NCBI GenBank assembly: GCA_963805625.1
Contig: CAWDVE010000013.1
Coordinates: 128,001 to 192,000, forward strand
Reading direction: 5' to 3'
From: an uncultured Candidatus Rokubacteria bacterium
GTDB lineage: Bacteria; Methylomirabilota; Methylomirabilia; Rokubacteriales; DASRDR01
Length of the DNA stretch: 64,000 bases
Shown here: positions 8,884 through 19,006 of the stretch, piece after piece
Numbering within the stretch: position 1 is the first letter of the stretch
How the letters are laid out: each line of letters opens with the position of its first letter
The notes under the pieces: model-generated
Seen by the model: only the letters and a program-made list of their open reading frames with translations
Told to the model about the DNA's origin: nothing
The model's database searches: none
Program-made: the position numbers and the translations under genes

Positions 8884-10836
8884 ATGAGTCAGTTTCGACG
8901 GCTGTTCAGTCCGGTGAAGATCGGGCGCCGCGAGGCGAAGAACCGCATCGTGTCCACGCCCCACGGGGCGGCGTTCGGCGAGAAGGGCGGGATCACCGAC
9001 CGCTACATCCGCTACCACGAGGAGAAGGCCAAGGGCGGCTGCGGCGTCGTGATGATGTTCGGCTCGTCCAGCATCCACCCCACCTCGGTCAACGACTGGG
9101 GCGAGGTGAACAACTGGGACGACAGCATCATACCCCAGTTCCAGCAGATGAGCGAGGCGATCCACCGCCACGGAGCGCTCTGCCTCTCGCAGATCTCACA
9201 CCGCGGCCGCCGCGGGCACTCCTGGTACTCGGGGGTGCCCCTCTGGGCGCCCTCGGACACCCGCGAGGAGCGGCATCGCGAGTGGCCGCACGTCATGACG
9301 AAGCGCGAGATCCGCGAAGTGATCGACGCCTGGGCGGCCGCGGCCATCCGGCTCCAAAAGGGCGGGTACGACGGCTGCGACGTTCCGACGTACGGCGGCC
9401 ATCTCCTCGAGAACTTCCTCTCGCCCCTCACGAACCGGCGGACGGACGAGTACGGCGGGTCGCTGGAGAATCGCACGCGCCTCACTCGCGAGGTGCTGCG
9501 CGCCATCCGTGACGCCGTTGGGGCCGACTTCATCATCGGGATCCGCCACAGCGGGGACCACTACGTGCCCGGCGGGCTCAGCCGGGAGGACCTGCTCGAG
9601 ATCGCGCGGCTCGTCGACGGCCTGGGCATCGTCGACTACTGGATGGTGAGCGGCTCGAACACGGAGACGCTCAAGTACGAGGCGATGGTCACCCCGTCGC
9701 TCTACCATCCCCACGGCCTCTTCAACGAGCTCGCCTCGCTCACGCGCTCCGTGGTCAAGGTCCCGGTGATCGTGGCGGGTCGGGTGTCGACCGTGGAGCA
9801 GGCCGAGGCGGCCCTCGCCGCCGGCGTGTGCGACCTGGTAGGGATGACCCGGGCACTCATCGCCGATCCCGAGCTGCCCAGGAAGAGCCTGGCGGGGCGA
9901 CTCGACGACATCCGCGTCTGCGTCGGCGCCAGCGAGGGCTGCATCGGCCGCCTCCGCCAGGGCAAGGCCATCGGCTGCGTCCAGAATCCCGTGATCGGCC
10001 GCGAGGCCGAGCTCGCCGAGATTCGCCCGGCTGCGCGGCCGAAACGGGTGGTCGTGATCGGCGGCGGGGCGGCCGGGCTGGAAGCCGCCCGGGTGGCCGC
10101 CATCCGCGGACATCGGGTCACGCTGCTGGAAGCCACGAAGGACCTCGGGGGGCAGATCCTCGCAGCCGCCCGGGCGCCGAAGCGCGAGGACTACGCGGTG
10201 ATCGCCGCGTGGCTTGCCGGCCAGGTCAGGCAGCTCGGCGTCGACGTGCGCCTGAACTCGCACGCGTCAGCCGCCGACGTGCTGGGCCTCGCCCCGGACG
10301 CGGTCATCGTCGCGACCGGCGCCACCGCGCGCGTCCCCGACCTGCCCGGCGTCAGCCTGCCGCACGTCACCACCACGGTGGACGTGCTGCTGGGCCGGGT
10401 CACGCCCGGTCGTCGCGTCGTCGTCGTCGACGAGGATGGCCACTACGCCGCGCCCACGACCGCGGACCTCCTGGCGGGGCGCGGCTGCCAGGTGACGCTG
10501 ATCAGCAAGTACTTCATGGTCGGCGAGGACATCGACGAGGGTATCCGGTCGGACCTCTATGCGCGTCTCTTCGGCCAGGGCGTCGTCCTCCAGCCGTTGA
10601 CGGCCGCGCAGGCGATCGTGCCGGGCGGCATCCGCACGCGCCACACGTTCTCGGGGGCCGAAGCGACCCTCCAGGCGGATACCGTCGTCCTCTCCTTCGG
10701 CGGCCAGGCCAACGACAGCCTCTACCACGCGCTCGACGGGCGCGTGCCGGAGCTCCGGCTCGTCGGGGATGCCGTCTCGCCCCGGCGCATCCACGACGCG
10801 CTGCTCGACGGCACGCGCGCCGCCCGCGCCCTATGA
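8884..10836 (+). CDS. NADH:flavin oxidoreductase (OYE TIM barrel + FAD domain), DgcA/Stc2/TMADH-like
   Basis: KNRIVSTPH, FLSPLTNRRTDEYGGSLENR, RVCVGASEGC...CVQNP, IGGGAAGLEAA. Confidence 0.88.
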   Translation: MSQFRRLFSPVKIGRREAKNRIVSTPHGAAFGEKGGITDRYIRYHEEKAKGGCGVVMMFGSSSIHPTSVNDWGEVNNWDDSIIPQFQQMSEAIHRHGALCLSQISHRGRRGHSWYSGVPLWAPSDTREERHREWPHVMTKREIREVIDAWAAAAIRLQKGGYDGCDVPTYGGHLLENFLSPLTNRRTDEYGGSLENRTRLTREVLRAIRDAVGADFIIGIRHSGDHYVPGGLSREDLLEIARLVDGLGIVDYWMVSGSNTETLKYEAMVTPSLYHPHGLFNELASLTRSVVKVPVIVAGRVSTVEQAEAALAAGVCDLVGMTRALIADPELPRKSLAGRLDDIRVCVGASEGCIGRLRQGKAIGCVQNPVIGREAELAEIRPAARPKRVVVIGGGAAGLEAARVAAIRGHRVTLLEATKDLGGQILAAARAPKREDYAVIAAWLAGQVRQLGVDVRLNSHASAADVLGLAPDAVIVATGATARVPDLPGVSLPHVTTTVDVLLGRVTPGRRVVVVDEDGHYAAPTTADLLAGRGCQVTLISKYFMVGEDIDEGIRSDLYARLFGQGVVLQPLTAAQAIVPGGIRTRHTFSGAEATLQADTVVLSFGGQANDSLYHALDGRVPELRLVGDAVSPRRIHDALLDGTRAARAL

Positions 10837-12008
10837 CGCCCAGGACCGCGAGCGTCGTCGTGATCGGCGGGGGCGCCGTCGGCTGCAGCATCGCGTATCA
10901 CCTCGCCCGGCGCGGCATCCGCGACGTGGTCGTGGTGGAGCGGGAGACCGTCGGCAGCGGCACTACCAGCAAGGCCGCGGGTGGGATCCGGGCTCAGTTC
11001 GGCACCGAGCCCGAGATCCGCTTCTCGCTCGAGGGGCAGCGCGTGCTCGAGTCCTTCAAGGAGGAGTTTGGCGGGGACCCCGGCTTCCAGCGGATCGGCT
11101 ACCTCTTCCTGATCTCGAACCCCGCGGACCTCCGGGGATTCGAGACGCGCATCGCGCTCCAGCGCCGCCTGGGCGTCGACGTCCGCGTGATCACGCCCAG
11201 GGAAGCGCAGGCCATCGTGCCGGCGCTCAACGTCGACGACCTCGTCGCCGCGGTGTGGGGGCCCCAGGACGGCGTCGCTGGCCCCGCCGAGGTGACGGCC
11301 GGCTTCGCCCGGCGTGCGCGCGAGCTCGGCGCGCGGATCCTCGAGGGCGTCGAGACGACGGGCCTCACCCTCGAGTCCGGTCGCATCCGGGGTGTCCGGA
11401 CCTCGGACGGAGAGATCTCCGCCCCCGTCGTCGTCAACGCCGCCGGTCCCGCGGCGGCCCGGGTCGGCCGGCTTGCCGGCCTCGCGCTGCCGGTCTACCC
11501 GCGGCGCCGCCACATCTTCTACACGGAGCCCTTCCCGGAGATCCCCGGCCCCGTGCCGATCACGACCGACACCGGGAGCGGGTTCTACTTCCGCAAGGAG
11601 ATGGCGCAGCTGCTTCTCAGTCCCGGAGACGTCAAGGACATCGGCGACGATCAGACCGCGCCGGTCGACTGGAGCATGATGGAGGAAGCCGTGACCAAGG
11701 CGATCCACCGGGTCCCGGTGATCGAGCGCGCGCGGATCGCCGGCGGCTGGGCCGGCCTTCGTCCCCTCACGCCCGACGATCACGCGATCCTCGGCTGGGC
11801 GCCGGCAGTCGGGGGCTTCTTCCTGGCGGTCGGCTGGGGCGGGCACGGCTTCCAGCACTCGCCCGCCACCGGCCGTTTCGTCGCCGAGTGGATCGTCGAC
11901 GGCCGGCCCTCCATGGATCTCTCGCTCTTCGACCCCGCCCGCTTCGGCGGCCGGATGCCTCCGCTTCCCGGCGAAGGACCAGACCCGGGGCGGCCGGACG
12001 CGGAGTGA
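10833..12008 (+). CDS. FAD-dependent oxidoreductase, sarcosine oxidase beta/DadA family
   Basis: VIGGGAVG, GSGTTSKAAG, WAGLRPLTPD, GHGFQHSP; ATGA overlap with upstream gene. Confidence 0.88.
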   Translation: MTPRTASVVVIGGGAVGCSIAYHLARRGIRDVVVVERETVGSGTTSKAAGGIRAQFGTEPEIRFSLEGQRVLESFKEEFGGDPGFQRIGYLFLISNPADLRGFETRIALQRRLGVDVRVITPREAQAIVPALNVDDLVAAVWGPQDGVAGPAEVTAGFARRARELGARILEGVETTGLTLESGRIRGVRTSDGEISAPVVVNAAGPAAARVGRLAGLALPVYPRRRHIFYTEPFPEIPGPVPITTDTGSGFYFRKEMAQLLLSPGDVKDIGDDQTAPVDWSMMEEAVTKAIHRVPVIERARIAGGWAGLRPLTPDDHAILGWAPAVGGFFLAVGWGGHGFQHSPATGRFVAEWIVDGRPSMDLSLFDPARFGGRMPPLPGEGPDPGRPDAE

Positions 12009-12072
12009 GCCGCGTGACGCCGCACCCGGAACGCCACGCCTCCGACCACCACCACCAGAGGGAGCGTGTCCG

Positions 12073-13044
12073 ATGAGCCTCAAGATCGTGGTCCCCGACG
12101 ACTTCCCGGCCGCCTTTACCGGCTCCTCCGCCGAGCCGAGGCTGCGAGGGCTGGGCGCCGTCACCGTGCACACCGAGCGCGGGGCGGACCAGGAAGCGGA
12201 GCTGATCCGCCGGATCGGTGACGCGGAGGTCGTCATCAACATTCGCGCACACGCGCGCTTCACCGATCGCGTGCTGGCCGGGTGCCCGAGCCTCCGCCTC
12301 ATCTCGATCTGGGGCACCGGGACGGACAACGTCGACCTGGCGGCGTGCCGGGCGCGCGGGGTCGCCGTCACCAACACGCCGGGTGTCAACGCGCACGCCG
12401 TCGCCGAGCACACGCTCGCCCTGATGCTCGCCATTGCACGACGCGTCCCGCTGATGGACCGCGACACGCGGACGGGCCAGTGGCCCCGAGCCCAGCTCGT
12501 CCAGCTCGAGGGCCGCACGGTGGGCCTCATCGGGCTCGGCGCCATCGGAGGCCGGGTTGCGCAGCTCCTGGGCCCGTTCGGCGTCCGCCTCCTGGCGTCC
12601 ACCTACGGGCCGGACGCCGGGCGCGCCGCCGGCGCCGGCGCGCGCCACGTCCCGGTCGAAGCGCTCCTCCGGGAGTCGGACATCGTGAGCCTCCACCTCC
12701 GCCTCAGCGCCGACACCCAGGGCTACCTCGGGCGGGACCGGCTTGCCCTGATGAAGCCGACCGCGTTCCTCGTCAACACGGCGCGCGGCGGCCTGGTCGA
12801 CAAGGCCGCGCTGATCGACGCGCTCCGCGAGGGGCGCATTGCCGGCGCCGCGCTCGACGTCTTCCACGAGGAGCCCGTCCCCGCCGGCGACCCGATCCTC
12901 GGCCTCGCGAACGTCGTGCTCACGCCGCACAACGGCGGAAACACCCCCGAGGTGATCGACGCCGGACTCGTGCGGGCGGTCGAGAACATCGAGCATTTCC
13001 TCGCCGGCCGGCCGCGGGACGTCGTTGTTTCACCGCGTCGGTGA
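12073..13044 (+). CDS. D-isomer-specific 2-hydroxyacid dehydrogenase
   Basis: GLGAIG, NTARG, DVFHEEP, TPHN (R/E/H catalytic set). Confidence 0.9.
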   Translation: MSLKIVVPDDFPAAFTGSSAEPRLRGLGAVTVHTERGADQEAELIRRIGDAEVVINIRAHARFTDRVLAGCPSLRLISIWGTGTDNVDLAACRARGVAVTNTPGVNAHAVAEHTLALMLAIARRVPLMDRDTRTGQWPRAQLVQLEGRTVGLIGLGAIGGRVAQLLGPFGVRLLASTYGPDAGRAAGAGARHVPVEALLRESDIVSLHLRLSADTQGYLGRDRLALMKPTAFLVNTARGGLVDKAALIDALREGRIAGAALDVFHEEPVPAGDPILGLANVVLTPHNGGNTPEVIDAGLVRAVENIEHFLAGRPRDVVVSPRR

Positions 13045-13058
13045 GAGCGACTTGGAGC

Positions 13059-14258
13059 ATGCGCTCTGCCACGAACCCGTCTGACCCGCCCCGCCCCGGG
13101 CACTCGCCTTCACCGGCGGCGCCAGATGCCATTTCCGCCACCGAGTACCGAGAGCGGCTCGACCGGACCCGCACGGCGGTCGAGGCGGCCGGCCTCGTTG
13201 GGCTCATCGCGTTCGGCGACTGCTGGCGCGGCGCCAACGTCGGCTACTTCACCGAGTTCCGACCCCTCGACGGCGTGTCGGACATCGCCAACGCGCTCGT
13301 CGTGCTCCCCGTCGACGGCGAGGCCACCCTCGTCGTCTCCGAGCAGTGCCTCGGGTACGCCGCGAGCGTCACGGGCTTCCCGGTCCGCCCGTTCCGGGAC
13401 CTGTACCCGGTCCTGGCCCCCCTGGCCCGGGATCCCGGGTGGCGTGTCGGCCTGGCCGGCGCCGCATACGTCCCGGCGAGCGTCAGGGATCGGCTGGTCG
13501 ACGCGCTCGGCGGCGCCGCGCTCGAACCCACGATGGCACTGGCAGATCTCAAAGCCGTGAAGAGCCCGGCGGAAATCCGGCTCCTCCGGAAGGCTGCGGA
13601 GCTCACCGATCTGGCGATGGCCACCATCCGCGACACGCTCGCGGACGGGCAGCCCCACACCGAGCGAGAGCTCGCCCGGCTCGCCGACGCGGCGATGATC
13701 GCCGCCGGGGCAGACCGGACGGCCTACGACTCGATGGTCCAGGCCGGCCCACGCTCCGCGTTCAACCTCGCGCGGCCGACCGACCGCGAGCTCCAGCCCG
13801 GCGACCTGGTCATGACCGACATCGGCGCCCGTTACAGAGGCTACGTGGCCGACGGCGGCCGGGGCTTCACCTACGGGCCGGTGAGCGCCGAGAAGCGGGC
13901 GATCGTCGAGGCCGCCGCAGCCGCCGTGGAGGCGGGACTCGCCGCCGCGCTCCCCGGGATGCTGGCGACCGAGCTGAACGCCGTGATCCAGCAGGCGCTC
14001 GTCGAGTCGGGCTACGAGCGCTACTCGGGCGAGGCGCGGGGCCACGGGACCGGCCACGGCACCGGCATGGACCCGGAGGAGGAGAGCCCGTGGATCGGCC
14101 CCGGCAACCGGACACGTCTCGTCGGCGGGATGACCTTCACGCTGAAGGCGACGATCACGGTGCCCGGCATCGGCGGCCTCCGGACCGAGCGGATCGTCCA
14201 CCTCGGCGAGTCGGGCGCGGATCCCCTCGACACGTTTCCGATGCGTCTCTACTGGTAG
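13059..14258 (+). CDS. M24 family (Xaa-Pro peptidase/creatinase-like) hydrolase
   Basis: Creatinase_N-like start, VKSPAEI, TDIG, VADG, GHGTG, GLRTE. Confidence 0.85.
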   Translation: MRSATNPSDPPRPGHSPSPAAPDAISATEYRERLDRTRTAVEAAGLVGLIAFGDCWRGANVGYFTEFRPLDGVSDIANALVVLPVDGEATLVVSEQCLGYAASVTGFPVRPFRDLYPVLAPLARDPGWRVGLAGAAYVPASVRDRLVDALGGAALEPTMALADLKAVKSPAEIRLLRKAAELTDLAMATIRDTLADGQPHTERELARLADAAMIAAGADRTAYDSMVQAGPRSAFNLARPTDRELQPGDLVMTDIGARYRGYVADGGRGFTYGPVSAEKRAIVEAAAAAVEAGLAAALPGMLATELNAVIQQALVESGYERYSGEARGHGTGHGTGMDPEEESPWIGPGNRTRLVGGMTFTLKATITVPGIGGLRTERIVHLGESGADPLDTFPMRLYW

Positions 14259-14300
14259 ACGCCGTGGGGATCGCGCTACCATCGGACCAACGGAGGCGCC

Positions 14301-15008
14301 ATGAGCGGCCAGCACAGGCACGATGACGAGCACCGTGAGAAACACGACCACGCTCACGAGCACGCCCATGATGAGCACGGGGGACACTCGACGGACGATC
14401 CGGCCCATCCCCACAATGCCCCGCTGTCCGACGTCCAGCTCCGGGTGAAGGCGCTGGAGTCCCTCCTCACCGAGAAGGGCCTGGTCGACCCGGCCGCGCT
14501 CGAGGAGCTGATCGATACTTACGAAACGAAGGTCGGTCCGCGGAACGGCGCCCGTGTGGTCGCAAAGGCGTGGACGGACCCCGAGTTCAAGCGGCGGCTC
14601 CTGGCCGATGCGACGGCGACCCTGGCGGACCTCGGCTACATCGGTCGCCAGGGCGAGGACATGGTGATCGTCGAGAACACGCCGAAGGTCCACAACCTCG
14701 TCGTATGCACGCTCTGCTCCTGCTATCCGTGGCCGGTCCTCGGCCTCCCGCCAGTCTGGTACAAGTCAGCGCCGTACCGGGCCCGCGCGGTCATCGACCC
14801 CCGGGGCGTCCTGCGCGAGGTGGGCGTCGAGCTGCCCGACGACGTCGAAGTCCGTGTCTGGGACTCGACGGCCGAGCTGCGGTACCTCGTTCTGCCCGAG
14901 CGCCCGCCGGGAACCGAGGGCCTGAAGGAGGAAGAGCTGGCTGCACTCGTGACGCGAGACACGATGATCGGTGTCGCAAAAGTCAAACCGCCCGGGGCTC
15001 CCCGATGA
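14301..15008 (+). CDS. nthA: Nitrile hydratase alpha subunit, cobalt type
   Basis: VCTLCSCY metal site (Thr/Tyr = Co type); His-rich N-terminus. Confidence 0.97.
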   Translation: MSGQHRHDDEHREKHDHAHEHAHDEHGGHSTDDPAHPHNAPLSDVQLRVKALESLLTEKGLVDPAALEELIDTYETKVGPRNGARVVAKAWTDPEFKRRLLADATATLADLGYIGRQGEDMVIVENTPKVHNLVVCTLCSCYPWPVLGLPPVWYKSAPYRARAVIDPRGVLREVGVELPDDVEVRVWDSTAELRYLVLPERPPGTEGLKEEELAALVTRDTMIGVAKVKPPGAPR

Positions 15009-15685
15009 ACGGCGTCCACGACCTCGGTGGGATGCACGGCTTCGGTCCCGTCGTGCTCGAGTCGGACGAGCCGGTCTTCCACGCCGAGTGGGAGCGGCGG
15101 ACCTTCGCACTCAGGCTCGCGATGGGCGCCTGGCGCCGCTGGAACCTCGACATGTCCCGGGACGCGCGCGAGCAGATGCCGCCGGCCGAGTACCTCGCGA
15201 CCAGCTACTACGAGCACTGGCTCTGGGGGCTGGAGCTCCAGCTCGAGCGCCACGGGTTCCTCGCTCGGGCCGACCTCGACCAGCGTGTGCGCGAGGACGT
15301 CGATCACGAGCCGCCCGGCGCCGTGGATCCCCTACCTGGAGCCCTCCGGCGAGACGGCGTCCCTCGGCTCCTGAGGAACCGCCGCGGGGCGCGCCTCGAT
15401 GACCCGGTCCGCCCGCAGTTCAAGGCCGGCGACGCGGTCCGTGCCCGGAACCTCAACCCCGTCGGCCACACCCGGATTCCCCGCTACGTCCGGGGCCGCC
15501 GCGGCATGATCGACCGCGACCATGGCGTCTTCATCTTCCCCGACACTCACGCGGCGGGACTCGGCCGGAAGCCGCAGCACGTATACAGCGTGCGCTTCGA
15601 CGCGCGGGAGCTCTGGGGCCCGGACGGCCACCCGCGGGACGCGGTATACGTCGACCTCTGGGACGACTACCTCGACTCCGCCTGA
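15005..15685 (+). CDS. nthB: Nitrile hydratase beta subunit
   Basis: [37 protein letters not shown]; ATGA overlap with nthA. Confidence 0.96.
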   Translation: MNGVHDLGGMHGFGPVVLESDEPVFHAEWERRTFALRLAMGAWRRWNLDMSRDAREQMPPAEYLATSYYEHWLWGLELQLERHGFLARADLDQRVREDVDHEPPGAVDPLPGALRRDGVPRLLRNRRGARLDDPVRPQFKAGDAVRARNLNPVGHTRIPRYVRGRRGMIDRDHGVFIFPDTHAAGLGRKPQHVYSVRFDARELWGPDGHPRDAVYVDLWDDYLDSA

Positions 15686-15695
15686 CCGCCACCGC

Positions 15696-16118
15696 TCACG
15701 ACGGAACGACGAACCCTTCGCGCTCGGCGGCAAGCGCCAGCCGGCTGTCCAGCGTGTGGAGAATCCGCCCCTGGGGACGCCCCTCGGCCCAGTGCAGCGC
15801 TGCTCCGAGCTGGAGCGCGTCGAACGCCCGAAGTGGATGAAGACGCAGCACCCGAGCTGCCAGCGGCTTGACCGCATCAACGTCGACGACGACGTGACAG
15901 GCGCGCACGAGGTCGTCTATGCGAGCCTCGGCCAGCCGGGCAGTTCGCTCCTCGAGGGACTTCTCTCGGACGAGTCGCCGAAGCGCGGAAGCCACCTCCA
16001 CCGGCGCAAGCGTCCACAGCACCATCGCGCGGTCCTCGGCCACCCACACGGCGGCGCGATTGGACGGCTCCTGGGTCACCAGGAGAGGCACCACCGCGGA
16101 GCTGTCCCAGAACCTCAC
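15696..16118 (-). CDS. vapC: VapC (PIN domain) toxin
   Basis: FWDSSA, E in VEVASAL, LRAFDALQL, TLDSRL. Confidence 0.88.
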   Translation of the reverse strand: MRFWDSSAVVPLLVTQEPSNRAAVWVAEDRAMVLWTLAPVEVASALRRLVREKSLEERTARLAEARIDDLVRACHVVVDVDAVKPLAARVLRLHPLRAFDALQLGAALHWAEGRPQGRILHTLDSRLALAAEREGFVVPS

Positions 16119-16414
16119 CGCGCTTCGTCACGCTCCCGGAGGAGGACGGCCACGACGTCGGCCTCGACCCGCGGCCGCTGGGCGAGCCACTCTTCCGTTG
16201 GAGGAGGTCCCGCGCCGCGACGGATGGCGCCCCGCCGCTCGAGCCGCTCGAGCCACTCTGCGTCGCCGGCGGGGAGTGGCTCGCCGGGCCCGACGCGCTC
16301 GATCCGGGCGATGACACGGTCGCGGTCGCAGACCAGGATGGACTCCCCGCGCTGGACGCGTCGCAGGTAGTAGCTCAGCCGGTTCTTGAGCTCGGCGATC
16401 TTGACCGTCTTCAT
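16115..16414 (-). CDS. Phd/YefM-type antitoxin
   Basis: MKTVKIAELKNRLSYYLRRVQRGE; GTGA overlap with vapC. Confidence 0.88.
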   Translation of the reverse strand: MKTVKIAELKNRLSYYLRRVQRGESILVCDRDRVIARIERVGPGEPLPAGDAEWLERLERRGAIRRGAGPPPTEEWLAQRPRVEADVVAVLLRERDEAR

Positions 16415-16429
16415 CGTCGTTCCCACAGG

Positions 16430-16479
16430 ATGGCCTTAAATAGCCATTAATTGTAGCCACCACGTGGCCATGCTGTCAA
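16430..16479 (-). promoter_or_regulatory. Sigma70 promoter with operator repeats for the TA pair
   Basis: Minus strand TTGACA(16479)-N18-TACAAT(16455); ATGGC/GCCAT inverted repeats around the -10. Confidence 0.65.
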
Positions 16480-16656
16480 TGATCGCATCCGCATCCGCAT
16501 CCACGGGAGGTGGCGCGCGAGAAGCCTCGCCGGCAGCGCTCGAGAATCTCACGCTGGTCATCGGCAGGATACCCAGGGCTCGATCCGATGTCGATCCACC
16601 TCCCACGCCTTGACAGGCCTGCGGAGCGCGTGGGACGGTGTGTCATCGTGGTTCAG

Positions 16657-18929
16657 GTGCCTGCCCTGCCGTCCCCCTGCCCCACCTGTCGGTTCGAGAA
16701 TTCGGCGGGAGCCAAGTTCTGCGGAGCCTGCGGGACCTCGCTGGCCCTCGGGTGCCATCGGTGCCGGGCCCAGAACAAGGGCAAGGAAGCCCTCGTGGTG
16801 GCCCACGAGGTCACGGGCTTCCGCGAGCGGCGCACCCGCATCGACGTGGCAACGGAGCTGACGCCGCTCGTGGGCCGTGAACGGGAGCTGGCTCATCTCC
16901 GCCAGGCGCTCGAGCGCGTGCGACAGGGTCGCGGTGAGGTCGTCGGGATCGTCGCGGAGGCCGGCGTCGGGAAGTCCCGGATCCTCTTCGAGTTCCGCCG
17001 GACCCTGGGCGAGGACGTCCTCTACCTCGGGGCCGTTGCATCTCCTACGGCCAGACCATTCCGCTCCTGCCCGTCGTCGAGCTGCTCAGGCGCGGCTTCC
17101 GTATCGTGGAGGGCGATCGAGAGGACGCCATCCGTGACAAGGTGGAGCGGGGACTCCGGGCCCTCGGTGCAGATGCCCACTCGGTCCCCTTCCTCCTGAG
17201 CCTCCTCGGCGCGGAGACGGACGACCCCACGATCCGGGGGATGGCCGCCGAGGCCCGGCGCCGCTACACGTTCGAGGCGCTCCGCGTCCTGACCATCGCC
17301 GGCAGCGCCCGTCGGCCCATCGTGTTCGCGATCGAGGACGTGGCGTACGGGAGCCTCTTGAAGCCGCGGCGCCGCGCGCTCCACGAGCTGGTGGGATCCG
17401 CGATCGAGGAGCTGTACGCCGACCGGCTCGAGGAGCACGTCGCCGAGTTGGCCCACCACTTCGCCCAGGGGGAGGTGTGGCCGAAGGCGTTCACGTACGC
17501 GCGCCGCGCGGCCGACCATGCCCGGGCAATCTTCGCCAACCGGGAGGCGATCCACTTCTACACCCAGTCGATCGACGCCGCGGCCCGGATGAGCCCTCCT
17601 CCGGGCGACGCGGATCTGCTGGCAATCCACGAGGCTCGCGGAGCCGTCTGGCACCTCCTGTCGAGCTACGACCAGGCGGTGGCCGACTTCGAGACGATGC
17701 AGCAGGCGGCCGCCCGGCTCGGCGACCGGGTCAAGGAAGGCGAGGCCCTCTGCAACCAGGCCGGCTCCCACTGGTGGCGCTTCGCGGAGGCCTACAAGGG
17801 TCTCGTGGAGAAGTGCGCCCGAGAAGCGATGGTCATCGCCGAGGAGACGGGCGACGAGCGGATCCTGGCCCGCGGCCTCTACTCGCTCGCCATGGTGGAC
17901 CAGAAAGCCGGGAGCCTTCGCGAGGCCGACACGAAGCTTCTCCGCTCCGTCGAGATCTGCCGCCGGCGGAGCCTAACCGGCCCGCTGGTGACCGATCTCA
18001 CGTGGCTGGGCGCTCACGCGGACTGGCGCGGTGAGTACCGCCCTTCGATCCAGTACGCCGGAGAGGCGGTGCGCCTCGCGGGGGCGAGTCACGAGGGCTT
18101 CTACGAGCTGGTTTCACTCTGCTTCCTCTGTAACGCCCACGCGGGGCTGGGCGAATGGGATCTCGCCTTCAAGGTCCTCGACGAGTTGCGTCAAAAGAGC
18201 CGGGAGCGTGAGAGCAAGTACGGCATCGCGCGGGGCATGAACACGGCAGGGTGGCTCCAAAAGCAGCTCGGCGATCTGCGGCACTCGGTCGACCTGAACC
18301 GGGAAGCGCTCGATTTCGGTCGGGCCGCGAAGCTCGGCAACCCGGAAATCTACTCGACAATCAACCTGGCGGAGGACCACCTCTGTCTGAACGAGATCGG
18401 CGCCGCCGAGACCATCCTGATCGAGGCGGTCGAGCGGTTGCGGACCGGCGCGTTCGACTCGCACCTCTGGAGATGGCAGATGCGGGTCGGTCTCATGTTC
18501 GCCCGCCTCTTCCTGGCGAAAGGAGATCTCGATCGCGCCGACACCCACCTCACCGAGGCGCTCCGGACCGCCGAGCCAACCGAGTCCCGGCGCCACCTAG
18601 CCGAGGGGTACCGGATCCGCGGGGAGATCTGGTCCGCGGCCGGGCAAGCGGAGAATGCCCGGACCGAGCTTCGCCGAGCCCTGGAGGTGGTGGAGTCGAC
18701 GGCTAGCCCGCGAACCATCTGGGAGACCGCCGGCGCCCTCGGGCGGGTCCTCGGACCGACCCGGGAGGCGGAGGCCCGTGACGCCTATCGCCGGGCGCTC
18801 GAGGCGCTGCAGGGGGCGCTCCCGCGGATTCCCCGCCCCGAGCTCAAGGACACCCTCCTCGGGTCCGAGGCGGTCGCCCGGCTCATCGAGGAGGCAGCTC
18901 GCCTCGGTGTCACGCTCCAGCCGGGCTGA
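16657..18929 (+). pseudogene. Degenerate Zn-ribbon-(cyclase deleted)-STAND NTPase-TPR gene
   Basis: Compared with the paralog at 27640: cyclase domain missing (RAQN|KGK), frameshift near 17030, about 200 aa missing (AIED|VAYGSLL); TPR region intact. Confidence 0.8.
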
Positions 18930-19006
18930 TCCTCGCCGCCGCCCTTCTCGAAGGTTCCTGGTCCTGACGTCGAGGCGCGATACGATAGCCTCAATCGGAG
19001 GAACGC

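Noticed and set aside
16485-16502. (GCATCC)x3 microsatellite
   Set aside because: Short, intergenic, upstream of the -35; no evidence of function
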